DNA of 64,000 nucleotides from an uncultured Chthonomonadaceae bacterium (lineage in GTDB: Bacteria; Armatimonadota; Chthonomonadetes; Chthonomonadales; Chthonomonadaceae). Within the stretch, counting starts at the first letter, position 1. Each line of letters begins with the position of its first letter. The notes beneath the pieces were generated by a model. That model searched no databases. It had not been told where the DNA came from and saw nothing but the letters and a program-made list of their open reading frames with translations. The translations under genes and the position numbers were made by a program. Positions 20,174-30,885 of this stretch are shown piece after piece. The DNA lies in NCBI GenBank assembly GCA_963835065.1, contig CAWIEK010000065.1, positions 1 to 64,000 of the forward strand, read 5' to 3'.

Positions 20174-20519
20174 AGATTTCCTTTAACTTCTGCATTGTGG
20201 GGCCATCCAAAACGCCCGTTCTTTCGAGATTGTAAGCGAGCTGAAAGCGCAGCAGGGCATCCTGCAATGGCTGCCCGGATTCCCCATCCGCCCAATAGCC
20301 GAGATTATGCAGACGCGCCTGTACGCCAGTCGGTTCATTCACGGAAGCAAAGTCGTCAATGTTGAGTTCCACGGTCCACAAGTCCAGTATCAAGCGGCCT
20401 GTCTTGGCGTCGGGATCAACCTGGTGCTGAAGTCCCCCGTCTCCATCGGTCTGTCCCTGAAACTTTTGGCTCTCAACTTCCAAGCGATAAGCCTTATTCT
20501 TAAAGGGCTTGTTGTACAC
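20163..20519 (-). CDS. Peptidoglycan-binding domain protein (probably the C-terminal part of a PAAR fusion)
   Basis: GVQARLHNLGY..ALLRFQLAYNLERTGVLDGPTMQKL. Confidence 0.8.
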   Translation of the reverse strand: MYNKPFKNKAYRLEVESQKFQGQTDGDGGLQHQVDPDAKTGRLILDLWTVELNIDDFASVNEPTGVQARLHNLGYWADGESGQPLQDALLRFQLAYNLERTGVLDGPTMQKLKEIYGS

Positions 20520-20536
20520 GTCAATCAGGCGCAGCT

Positions 20537-20887
20537 TCAGTTGCTTCTTGCGCTTTCACCGGGCGGCGGGACCGGGGGAACTTCCGGCGCGAGGATAGGC
20601 TGGCTTCCGCTGTCGCCAATATAGGTGTGATTGGCTCCAATGATCAGCGATGTCAGCCCGCCCGCGCACAGACATTTATCCTCCACGCGGGCCGCAGGCA
20701 GATTTTCGATGTAGACTGTAGGGCTGCCGGTGACAATCGCCCCCGGCCCATGCAGGGAGCAAACCTGTTTATCGCCCATGCGCGCGGCTGCCAGGCCCTC
20801 GATAATGGTGGAAACAGCCGTAGGAGGCACAACCACGCCGCCATGCTCGGTTTTATCCGTAATCCGAATCGCCTTCTGACACCCCAT
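20537..20887 (-). CDS. PAAR spike-tip protein
   Basis: AIRITDKTEHGG, LAAARMGD..CSLHG, GSPTVYIENLPAARVEDKCLC. Confidence 0.9.
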   Translation of the reverse strand: MGCQKAIRITDKTEHGGVVVPPTAVSTIIEGLAAARMGDKQVCSLHGPGAIVTGSPTVYIENLPAARVEDKCLCAGGLTSLIIGANHTYIGDSGSQPILAPEVPPVPPPGESARSN

Positions 20888-20981
20888 GCCTGCTCCTCAC
20901 GCTTTCGCTGCGCCTTTGTACGCCAACCGGCCCGCTTCAAGTATAACCATTATACGGCGGCTATAACAATTGTGCGGCACA

Positions 20982-21566
20982 CTACTTTTGAACCGTATAG
21001 ACTTCCGTAAAATCCTGTGTAGAGGGCTTTTCCTCATTCAGCCCTTCGCTCAACAGGGGCGCGGCGGCAGGAACCGGATGAACGTACCATTTGCCGTTGG
21101 CATCCTGTATCACGAGAGTGCGGTTCAGCGTTGGCTTTCCATTGTTCAGGAACACGCCGACATCCACGAATTCAACCTCTTTGAAGTCGAATGTGGCGTA
21201 GCCGTAGGAAGCAGGTCCGTTGAGCGTTAAATGCCGCGCCGCAAAGACTTTCCCGATGGATTTTGGGCCATTGGGAGAAGGCGCGGGCTTCTTCGTCTCG
21301 CTGCGCATTTGCTGCGCGGTTTGCGTGAGAAAGGCTTCGTACTTTTTGCGGTTCTCGCCTCCCCCAAACGGCTTGATGCAGGTTCCGGTAAACAAAGCGG
21401 CGTCGCGCTTGATGAAGGCGCGCGCCAGGTCGCAGGCCGCGCCTTCCGGGGTCGCATGTCCCGCAGGAAAACCGTCTTTCTCTACTTTGAGGGCAGGCTT
21501 ACCGTTTTGCGCAGAGCCGGAAATGCCGGTCAGCAGAAGCGCCCCTGCAAAAATAAGATGTCTCAT
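20982..21566 (-). CDS. Secreted hypothetical protein
   Basis: Signal peptide MRHLIFAGALLLTGISGSAQ; 194 aa. Confidence 0.75.
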   Translation of the reverse strand: MRHLIFAGALLLTGISGSAQNGKPALKVEKDGFPAGHATPEGAACDLARAFIKRDAALFTGTCIKPFGGGENRKKYEAFLTQTAQQMRSETKKPAPSPNGPKSIGKVFAARHLTLNGPASYGYATFDFKEVEFVDVGVFLNNGKPTLNRTLVIQDANGKWYVHPVPAAAPLLSEGLNEEKPSTQDFTEVYTVQK

Positions 21567-21584
21567 ACGATCCTCCGACCGCTT

Positions 21585-22106
21585 TTATGCAGCCAAAAGC
21601 GAATCAATCATGCGGCGCGTCTGTACGTCCGCAAAAATGGTACGCAAGTCTTGTTCCAGTTCTTGCTGATTGCTGCACTTGTAGACTTGTACTTCCTTTG
21701 CATGCGCGGCCAGAGTAAATTCGACTTCAACCGGGTACGGATGCTTCTTTTGGTGAATCGCTTTCAGCAGCGTATGCGTGTAGCCACCAAGCGCCGCGCC
21801 CTTCAAACTGAAATTATGCGCGATCTTCCCGCCGGGAAGCGGCTGCGTCAGCACTTCGGCTTCTACCCGACCTCTGGTATGTTCGCCAAGCCGCTTCGCC
21901 TGACGCCGCAACACCATTGCCGGCGAGTCGTCCTCCGGTACTCGTAAATCTTCCGGCCATAAATCAATTTCATTGGCTGATCTTTGAGGCGGTTCGGGAA
22001 CCCGGACTTCGGTGACGCGCAGGTTTTGCTCCCCACTTTCGTAAGCAATCCCTTCTTCCAACCCCTTTTTCAATCGGTCAAACATTCGTGGGCGTTCTGT
22101 CGCCAT
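21585..22106 (-). CDS. Hypothetical protein; antitoxin-like N-terminus fused to unknown domain
   Basis: MFDRLKKGLEEGIAY..LRVTEV..PEPP..SANEI then DLWPEDL..PAMVLRRQA. Confidence 0.6.
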   Translation of the reverse strand: MATERPRMFDRLKKGLEEGIAYESGEQNLRVTEVRVPEPPQRSANEIDLWPEDLRVPEDDSPAMVLRRQAKRLGEHTRGRVEAEVLTQPLPGGKIAHNFSLKGAALGGYTHTLLKAIHQKKHPYPVEVEFTLAAHAKEVQVYKCSNQQELEQDLRTIFADVQTRRMIDSLLAA

Positions 22107-22205
22107 ATCTATCGTCCTTTACATTGCTGGCGGCATGTGATCACATTCAACAGCAAAATATAGGCAACACATTCCCATCCTTACATGGCTTGTGTTATTT
22201 TGCCG

Positions 22206-25200
22206 CTAACTCTGCCAGTGTCGCCTTTGAACGGCGTATAATGCGTTTTGCCATTCTTTATGAACTTTTGGCATATCTGGTTCAACAGATTTCCACCAAT
22301 CTATGTGGTTGGCGCGGCCATGTGCCGCCATCATCATAGCCGCAACAATCAACTGTTCTGGTGATGCCGACGTCCCAAGCCATGCCTGTACTAACTGCAG
22401 AAATCTGAGGTTGGAAGCCCTTTGCGCTGTATACGAGAAAACCCAGAGTAGAGTACTTCAGTGTATCCAGATGGAACAGATTGAGCAGCTTTACTCAACA
22501 CATCAGGAACCTCGTCAGGCCGCAACCAGAAATGCCAACAGCGTTCAGATTTGACTGTTTCCAAGAGATGCTCTTCTACCCATTCAGAGAATCCACTGTT
22601 AACGGCAAGTTCGGCAAGTTCTTCTTTCTCGCTTGCTGTAAAACGTTCAAGCACTGGCAGAAGTAAATCCAGCATGGATTGTGAAACCGGGTATTCGCCT
22701 CCTTCTGTGTACATCGAGAAGAAGTAGTGTAGTTCATCAAGCCCTTCTTGACTGATAGCCTGCTGAACAAATGTAAGCGCTTCCGGTACATCAGACCGCC
22801 ATAAAGAAATCCATGTCTGCCTGCTTCGCATTAAAAGTTCAGGTTTGTTTAGAACAAATTCTCTAACAGCATCGGCAGGCAAGTAGCGAAAAACGAAGTG
22901 AGAGTAAAATGGAGGAGATTCCAGTGCTTTTTCTATATTGCCTTCCAATGCTTGACGCACTTCACTGTGGTTACACAGCAAAGAAGCATAAGCGCACCAT
23001 TTGCCCGGAGATTGCTTGATGCGCTCAACCAGTAAACTGGCGGCAGTTTGGTCGCGCAACTTCAAACGTACTTTCAAAGATTCGTCGAACAATTTGTCTT
23101 GCTCTGACACTGATTGTAAGTGGATAAGATCGTCAGAAGTGGCTTTGCGCTTCCAAGAACTGAAAGCGATAAAACGCACATCTATGTTATCATCTGTTAC
23201 AATTAGATGCCATAGACGCTCACGAGTTACTGTTTTCACAGGTGCATAAGGGCTAATCTTTAGCTCTGTAAGCGGATCTACAAACTCCATATTATCGTTC
23301 CACAAGTAAGCGCCTTGTTGTACACTCCACCGAATAAATGTCTCTATAGCATTAGGATGATCAACATGGCGCAACAAGTAGCACATGGTCTTGCGCATAT
23401 CAGGGTAATTCTCAGCTACTCGTGTCCAAGTATCAGCAGCGGCTTCAGTAATCGGCCAACGTAACGTACTGTGCAGAGGTGACATAAACTCAAAATAACG
23501 CCTACTACTTTTCCCCTCCTCCTCCGCATCGCTTATATTGCGAACCATCAGTAAAGCAGTCTCTAACGTAGGCTGCGTTGTTTCACTCCCACAGCGGCTG
23601 AGTGACCAGACAAAATAGGTAAGGCAAGTTTGGCGTTCCGTCGGATGTGCAGCGTTCCAAGCCGCTACGACAACTGGCCCAAGTTCAGGCCAAGCAATAT
23701 ACCCGGCAAGTGTAAGTGCAGCAAGGCGCAGGATCGGGTTGTGAACAGCATTAGCTAATTCATCTACCAATTTCTCCCGTTTTGCCTCATAAAATTTTGC
23801 AAGGGACTCTATTTGTTCTTCTAGCTGGCGAAAGCCTCCTGATGGAAGAAATCTGTAATGTTGTGTTTCAAGTTCCAGCCATGATAACCCTGCTGATATA
23901 TCCCCATTGCGCAGTCGTGCCGCCCAAATGTACCAAGCAGGTTCAAGATCGTACGTAATCTCAATTACAATTGCGTCATCTGTTTGAAGAAGTTTCGTTG
24001 CAAGATGCCATTCCAGTCCATTAACGAACCCGCTACGCTCTGCTCGAAAATCAGCAAGAACCTGATGCAATCCATCTCGTATATTCGCCCGTATATTTGC
24101 TTCGTTGGGAAATAAACGAAGGCGTAATACTTCCGCCAGAGCGAGAGGCTGATTGGCAGCGAGTAACGCTATTGCCGATAGGCGTACACTGTTCCGGCAA
24201 AAAACAAGCGCCAAAGCCCATGCTTCTGCGAGACCCGGATTGGTGAGCCAAGCAGAGAACGCTAATTGATCAATGCCCTGATCTAATTGCGACAGCACAT
24301 TGGCTGCAAACCAACGGCCTATAATGGCATCTCGAAGGCGGCTGTGTTTCCAGCGCCAAACCTCTTTGTCATTGATTTTGTCAATCCAGCCCAGCAAATT
24401 CGTTTTTGCCAAGACATACAGAAGATTAGCATCTCTCTCGTTGAGTTTTGAACGTATCTGTTGCCAAGTTGGTTCAGGCGATTCAATTCTGAGTATCAAA
24501 CCTACCAGACAATCTAAAGCATTAGCAAATTCGCCGGGAGTAGCAGGAATATCTTTGGCGTCAGGAGCGGCTTTTGTGGCCTTGTTTATGGTTAGCTCAA
24601 AAACATCACGGATTAGCGCTGAACGACTAACGCCAGGCATGGGTGTAATATCGTTAAGCGCCAAGCCACAAAGAAATGGATCGCCATTGAGAGCTTTTAC
24701 TAATTCCCGCGTTTGTTCAACACTTTTGCTAGGGGCATGTTGTACCAATATGTTTTGTTCAGCAGAAGAATACGCATCAACGTCTACAAAACTCCATTTA
24801 GATGCCTGTTTATTTTCTGCATCGGGAAGACTTCCCAACTCTCCAGGCCAAAAAGGAACGACTGCGCGTAACCATGGACTGCTGTAGTCCAGATTTCCTG
24901 CTTCTTCAGCAGCTAATGCTGACCATGCTTCGATTGTGTGCAATGCTTTTTGAGGCGCATCCAAGCGGTTTATATCATCAATGAACAGAGTCAAATCAAC
25001 TGATGCCGCCATAGCGATTTTAAGAGCATCGTCCCCTGCCTGATTGTTCAGAGCAGGATAGAAGCGTTGAAGCGTTTTAAGCAATGTTGCAGATAAAGCG
25101 GCATTAGGTGTGATGTCTTCAGCAGGCAGCCATAAAGCTATATCTCCTTTATCGTTGGCCGCTTCAGCAAGTTGACGTCCAAGTGTTGACTTGCCGGTTC

Positions 25201-25888
25201 CCGATGAACCACGCAGGCCAATCAGACCTGATGCTGATCCATTAAGTAGAGTCTGAGTTTGTGCAAAGGCATCACGGGGTATCTCTGCCTGTCTCTTGTT
25301 TTGGTGAAGGAAAAAGAAATGCTTGTGGTGCCGCAGAGATTTTCGAGATATGGTTCTCAACAAACTTTCGCTTAAACGTCCTGCGTCAATGCCAAGAAGG
25401 TGTTGCCTTAAATATTGTCCTTCACCGTTATTGTCCAAAAAATCAAGCAGCAAAGACCCTTCAATAACCTTGATGGTGATGCCCAGCTTCATCCCTGAGC
25501 AAATAGCCTCACGATAAAGAGGGGTATCGCTTTTTAAGGAGCGATTAGTGACGAGGTAGAGAACACATTCTATTGCTGGGTTAATGGCAAGCCAAGTAGC
25601 AAAATCTTTGGCGGCTTTCGGCAGATCACCTTCCTGTGTTTTGTCACCAAGCCATTTACCTCGTAATTTTCCGCGTATATCTGTTGTGCAGGCTACACTG
25701 ATATACTTAGGCGGTGGTCCCGACACATACAGAATAGCATCAACAGGACACACGATGGTTTCACCATCTTCATTTACGCCTGTAGAAATGAGACCTGTCA
25801 ATTCAGGTTCTTGGCGACGCAAGTAACCTGCTACAAGTTGCTCGAATTTACCAGCCTCAATCTTTGCTAATGCTTCGGATGTACTCAT
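22206..25888 (-). CDS. Restriction-endonuclease-like domain + STAND P-loop NTPase + helical repeats (Avs-like); one frameshift near 3' end
   Basis: N-term FEQLVAGYL..PVDAI; Walker A GSSGTGKS; Walker B LTLFIDD. ORF 22391-25888 continues out of frame (LQLVQAWLG..RRHWQS*) to 22206. Confidence 0.7.
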
Positions 25889-25898
25889 TTGCTATCAA

Positions 25899-26275
25899 CT
25901 ACTCTGACCGACTCAAATAGCCGATCCGGTTTTTCCACTCTTGCTCTTTATTCGTTTCCCAGAACGCGATAAGGCGCGGACAAGCCCGCCAAAATCGTTC
26001 GGCGCAATGGTGTGGTGGTCTACGAACAGGATGCCGCTATATGTTGTGCTGCCGTCAAATAGGAATGGCTGCTCCGCCAGTATTTGCGTGTCATAGGTGA
26101 CGAGCAGCCATTCTTCAGCATCCAGTGCCGCAATCAGGTCGGCGTCCGGCGTTCCTGTGTATGCGCCGCCACGCCATGTGTTGACGCTTTCAATGAGAAT
26201 GTCTGGCTGCTTTTGCCGAATTTGCTCTGCGACAACAGGAGAAATGTTTTCATCGAGCATCAGCCGCAGGCTCAC
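25899..26275 (-). CDS. DUF5615 PIN-like toxin (VapC45-type); apparent frameshift near C-terminus
   Basis: LRLMLDENIS..GTPDADLI..LLVTYD..SGILF; natural tail IAFWE..WKNRIGYL lies in another frame. Confidence 0.8.
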
Positions 26276-26736
26276 GGATTGCTCTCCTCAACGCTGCCTT
26301 CAACCTCCTGCGCAACTGGAACTTTGACAAGTTCCAGTTGCGGCAAACGTCGCTTCAGTTGCTCATAAGTGGTGGCCTCGTAATCTGCAATCAGCGCGTC
26401 TATCTCTTCGCCAAAGGCTTCATAGTAATTGAGCGCGGCCTTCACCCATTCTTGCGAACGATGTCCGTTCCAATACGCCGCCGTCTGCTCTGCATCCATA
26501 GCGTAAGATTTCGCCAGATTCACGACCCACCAGACAGGCAGGCGAGACGTTTTCATGTAGGCCATTCTGCCGTTTGGCGTGTCTCGAAATTCAATGTACG
26601 CGAACTCGTTTTGACGTATCCATTCTTCAAGGGCGATAGAAAGCGTTTCGTTGACGCTGCGTTGCTTGCGGCGGGCGTACTGCCGCAGTCTATCTGCGGT
26701 TGCTTCCGGGACACGGGCGCTGATAAGTTGGGACAT
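26272..26736 (-). CDS. RHH + DUF433-like antitoxin
   Basis: ISARVP..RLRQYAR; IEFRDTPNGRMAY..SRLPVWWVV; VKAALNYYEAFGEEID; 4-nt overlap with the toxin. Confidence 0.8.
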   Translation of the reverse strand: MSQLISARVPEATADRLRQYARRKQRSVNETLSIALEEWIRQNEFAYIEFRDTPNGRMAYMKTSRLPVWWVVNLAKSYAMDAEQTAAYWNGHRSQEWVKAALNYYEAFGEEIDALIADYEATTYEQLKRRLPQLELVKVPVAQEVEGSVEESNP

Positions 26737-26832
26737 GGCTTACCTCCTGAATACTTTGTACTACATAGTATACGCTGTTTGGAGCGAAATGTCCATAAGA
26801 ACATGACTAACGAGAGTGACAGAAACGGATGG

Positions 26833-29800
26833 TTATGGCAGGGCGAAGGCGATGTAGGAGTCGCCGGATTTGGTGCGGAGTTTGCCGCCGCCGCCGCAGG
26901 CGATTACCACATACTGTTTGCCGTTGACCATGTAGGTGCAGGGCGTGGCGTAGCCGCCCGCTTCCAGTTTGTAATCCCACAGCATTTTGCCCGTTGCTTT
27001 GTCAAAGGCGTGGAATTTTTCGTCTTTGGTTCCCCCGATGAACACCAAACCTCCTTCCGTGACAATCGTGCCGCCGAAGTTTTCGGTTCCCGTTGGCGGC
27101 AAGCCTTTCGCCGTCAGTTCCGGGAACTCGCCCAATGTGATGCGCCACGCGAATTTGCCCGTATTCAAATCTACCGCTGTCAGGTTGCCCCAGGGCGGCT
27201 TGCTGGCCGGGTAGCCGTTGGGATCGTTGAAGTAGTTATAGCCCTGAAAGTCGTAGCCGCCGCTGCCGTTGGGTTTGACCGTGCAAATATAGGGCGTGTT
27301 GTTGGTGTTGACGTACAGCAGATTGGTCGTCGGATCGAAGGACGCGCCGCTCCACGTCGCGCCGCCGTGAAAACCGGGCGCAACCACTGTGCCGGCCACG
27401 CTCGGCGGAATATACGGCTTGCCGTAGCGGTAGCCTTTGAGCAGTTTCAACACGCTCTCGTGCGCTTCGGGCGAGATGTTGGTCAGGTCGTATTCCGTAA
27501 AGGTTTGCGGGGACAGCGGGGGTGGCAGAACGGGTTCCGGCTGCGTGGCCCATGCCTGCTCGCCCGGAACATCGGACGGAGTGGCGGGAACTTCGCGGAT
27601 GGGAAACAGGGGCTTGCCGGTCAAGCGGTCAAACACGAAAATAAAACCTGTTTTGGTGGGCTGCGCAACCGCTTCAATCGTCTTGCCGTTGCGCTTCACC
27701 TGACACACGACGGGCGGGCAGGGGTTGTCGTGATCCCAAAGATCGTGATGCACTTCCTGAAAGTGCCAGATTCGCTTCCCCGTTCGCGCGTCTAGGGCGA
27801 GGGTACAGTTGGCGAACAGGTTGCTGCCGTGCCGATCCGCGCCGTAAAAGTCGGACGCCGCCGAGCCTGTGCCGCAGAACAATATGCCGTGCTTGGTGTC
27901 CAGGGTGAAGCCCGACCAGGGGTTGACGCCCGGACGCTCCTTCCAGCTATCGCCCTCCCACGTGTCATTGCCGACTTCGCCTGGACGCGGCACGGTATGG
28001 AAGCGCCAGACTTCTTTTCCTGTGCGCGTATCAAAAGCGCGTATATCCCCCGGCGATCCCGGCCCGCCCTCGCTGCTCAGAAAGCCCAGAATCACGCGAT
28101 TGTCAAACACCATCGGCGCGGACGTTGCGCCGTACCCGAACTTGCTGATGTCGCGCTCGATGCCCGCCCGCAAATCCACAATCCCGTTTTTGCCGAAGTC
28201 CGCATCCAGCTTACCGGTCAGCGCGTCCAGCGAGTACAGGTTGCCGTCTGTAAACGACACGAGGATACGCCGCAGGCCGTTGGGTTTGCCGTCCGACCAA
28301 TAAGCGACGCCCCGATTGACGCCGCCCGCTTTGGAATCGAAGCGCCATATTTCTTTACCCGTTGCCGCGTCCAAAGCAACGACGCTGAGTTTAACGGTTG
28401 TCAGGTACATCACGCCGTCAACGACAATCGGCGTACACTCTATTGTGGAGCCGCCCTGCGCCGCATCGCCGCCATGAAACACCCACGCGGGCTTGAGGCT
28501 CTTGACGTTGCTTTTGTTGATCTGCGTCAGGAGGGAATAGCGCATCCCGCCCTTGTCATTGCCGACTTCCGCCCAATTCACGCTTGTTTTGGCATTGACA
28601 TGCGGCAGGGGCGCGAACACGCGGGGCATTTGTGGGAGCGGGCGCGCGTCGGCGATTTGCTGCGCGCGGGTTTCCGGCTGCGCGGCATTTTTGGTAAGAG
28701 ACGCATCAGCAAAACGCCCGTTTTCCAATTTGTCGAAATGCCACAGGCCGATGGTATCGGCGTCGGCGGCAAACGGCGCAGTCGGCGTTTGCCGGATTTC
28801 TCTAGCAATTTTGGAAATGCGAACTTCGTCCAGGAGGCCGTCGCAGCCCAGATTATGGGGAGGATAGCAGCCGAACCACAACGGTCCAATGGCGGGCGTC
28901 TGGTGCGGCGAACCGATTTCCTGATCCTTTACCATTTTGCCGTCCACGTACAGGCGAACGCGCTCCGGCAGCATAGTCATGGCGACGTAGTGCCACTTCT
29001 CGTCCACGATATTCACGCCGGAATCTATGTTGGGCGGCGTCACGCCCGGCAGGAACGCGCACAGGTTTCCGGTTCCGGCAGTGGTGTACACTTCCCAGTG
29101 CTTGGGCGATTCTTTGGGGCTGTTGGCAACCAGAATGTTGAAACTGTCTCTGCCGTTGAGTTTTGCCCAACACTCAACGGTCAGAGGCGGCTCCTGATAA
29201 ATGGCTTTTCCGGGCGCGGCGAAGGAAACGCCCTGCGGATTTAGCGCGTTTCCAAAGCGTCCCGCAGGGTTGCGCTCGCTTAGAACCACTTTCGCCGGCG
29301 CAGTGGCCTGTGGAGAAGTCTGTACGGGCTGCGGCAGCACTTCGCGCTTTGCGGCCCAGGCTGCGGCGCGGCGAATGATTTCCGCATGGGCGGGAGTGCG
29401 CAAGGCGTTCGCGTCGTGTCCCATCAGAGTTTGGAAGATACGGCCCTGCCCTTCCGTGTACGCGAAGGCGAGAGGCTCCTCCTGCCCCGTCGTTTTCGCT
29501 TTCGCGGTAACGAGCGGGTCAATCGGCAAATCGCCCTGCTGATGGAAGTACAGTTCATCCGTTGTGCCGAAATCCGCGATTCCCTGCGTGAGCAGGTTGT
29601 CGGAATGCGTGATGTGCGCGGTAAACGGCCCGTAGGCGTCGTGCCCGCTTTTGTCATCCACCCAAACCCGACGCGCCAAACGGCCATAATAGTCCGGCCA
29701 ATCCCGCCACGCGCCGTTGGCAAAGTGGATAATCAACAGTCCGCCGCCGTTGCGCACATAACGCAACAGTTTTTCGCGCGCTGCCGAACTCAAACTCGGC

Positions 29801-30885
29801 CTGTCATAATTGCAGTAGTTTTGAACCAGCACATCGTAGCGAGACAGGTCTTCCGTCGCCAGCTTTTCTGGGTCTTCCCAAACCGTAGTTTGGATGCGGC
29901 TGTCACGTCCCAAAATCTCCTGCAGGGCGGGCGTTGTCGTCCGCCAATCGTGGGCGGGATGGTGGTAGCCGGTCAGAATCAGGGCGTGAATGGTATCCCA
30001 ATCGGGTGAAACGGTGGACTGTACGCCGCCGGGGGGAACCTCGCCTTTTGCCGCCCACACAATCGCGTTCAATACCATGCGGCGCATGTTGTCGTTTTGC
30101 CAGTTGGCATACGGATGCCCGCCCGTAAACGCAAAACCGCGCCCGCCGTCCTTGCGCTGTACGGCCCACGCGACGGTTTGCAGCAGCGGTATGTCATCAA
30201 TGGTCATATTAAGGATGGGTACGAAGCGCGGGTCCCGGTCTTGAAACCGCATGTTGTAGTAATACTCGTCGCGCAGGGGAAAAGCGATTACACCGTTGCT
30301 GATAGGATGCGCTGGCGTGGCGGGGCTGAGTGTGGTGGTCAGCGTATTGATTTTGCTGAACCAGTGATTGGCCGCGCTTCCCGTCTCGTAATCGAAGTAC
30401 CCGCCTGCCCAATCCAGATACTCCGGCCCACCGCGCTTGACGGGCGCAAACGTCGCGTAGTGCAGCAGAACCAGTCCACAGCCCCGCTTCATCTGCTTCT
30501 GGATTATTGCCAGCCGATTGCCGACAAGCAGGGGATGGTCCGCCTCGTTGTGATCGGAACCATCCGCATATACCACAATCGCGTCGGCGTCGTCAAGCGT
30601 TTTCGGGTCTTCCGGCCAGCCGTACAAATGCACTTCCGTGTGATAGCCTTTGAGGTTCGGGGAGGTTTCCAGGCTGCGCGCCAGTAAACGGCACACTTTT
30701 TCGTACTCATGCTCACCCGGCCCATGGCTCTTCTTCCCGGCGAGAAACACGATTTTCTTTGTACGTAAGACGGTTGGAGAAGCGGTTTGCGCGTCGCTTG
30801 CGGCGCTCATCAGCATCGCCAACAAACCGATCATCAATGGCAGCCACCATTGGCTCGGCTTTAAGATTGTTTGTTTGCTTTGCAT
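26833..30885 (-). CDS. Multidomain ThuA-ThuA-LamG-PQQ-dependent (glucose-type) dehydrogenase
   Basis: Signal peptide; two ThuA-like domains; LamG (TVECWAK..WHYVAM..LLDEVRIS); PQQ propeller (HHDLWDHD, GTENFGG, GYATPCTYMVNGKQYVVI). Confidence 0.88.
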   Translation of the reverse strand: MQSKQTILKPSQWWLPLMIGLLAMLMSAASDAQTASPTVLRTKKIVFLAGKKSHGPGEHEYEKVCRLLARSLETSPNLKGYHTEVHLYGWPEDPKTLDDADAIVVYADGSDHNEADHPLLVGNRLAIIQKQMKRGCGLVLLHYATFAPVKRGGPEYLDWAGGYFDYETGSAANHWFSKINTLTTTLSPATPAHPISNGVIAFPLRDEYYYNMRFQDRDPRFVPILNMTIDDIPLLQTVAWAVQRKDGGRGFAFTGGHPYANWQNDNMRRMVLNAIVWAAKGEVPPGGVQSTVSPDWDTIHALILTGYHHPAHDWRTTTPALQEILGRDSRIQTTVWEDPEKLATEDLSRYDVLVQNYCNYDRPSLSSAAREKLLRYVRNGGGLLIIHFANGAWRDWPDYYGRLARRVWVDDKSGHDAYGPFTAHITHSDNLLTQGIADFGTTDELYFHQQGDLPIDPLVTAKAKTTGQEEPLAFAYTEGQGRIFQTLMGHDANALRTPAHAEIIRRAAAWAAKREVLPQPVQTSPQATAPAKVVLSERNPAGRFGNALNPQGVSFAAPGKAIYQEPPLTVECWAKLNGRDSFNILVANSPKESPKHWEVYTTAGTGNLCAFLPGVTPPNIDSGVNIVDEKWHYVAMTMLPERVRLYVDGKMVKDQEIGSPHQTPAIGPLWFGCYPPHNLGCDGLLDEVRISKIAREIRQTPTAPFAADADTIGLWHFDKLENGRFADASLTKNAAQPETRAQQIADARPLPQMPRVFAPLPHVNAKTSVNWAEVGNDKGGMRYSLLTQINKSNVKSLKPAWVFHGGDAAQGGSTIECTPIVVDGVMYLTTVKLSVVALDAATGKEIWRFDSKAGGVNRGVAYWSDGKPNGLRRILVSFTDGNLYSLDALTGKLDADFGKNGIVDLRAGIERDISKFGYGATSAPMVFDNRVILGFLSSEGGPGSPGDIRAFDTRTGKEVWRFHTVPRPGEVGNDTWEGDSWKERPGVNPWSGFTLDTKHGILFCGTGSAASDFYGADRHGSNLFANCTLALDARTGKRIWHFQEVHHDLWDHDNPCPPVVCQVKRNGKTIEAVAQPTKTGFIFVFDRLTGKPLFPIREVPATPSDVPGEQAWATQPEPVLPPPLSPQTFTEYDLTNISPEAHESVLKLLKGYRYGKPYIPPSVAGTVVAPGFHGGATWSGASFDPTTNLLYVNTNNTPYICTVKPNGSGGYDFQGYNYFNDPNGYPASKPPWGNLTAVDLNTGKFAWRITLGEFPELTAKGLPPTGTENFGGTIVTEGGLVFIGGTKDEKFHAFDKATGKMLWDYKLEAGGYATPCTYMVNGKQYVVIACGGGGKLRTKSGDSYIAFALP

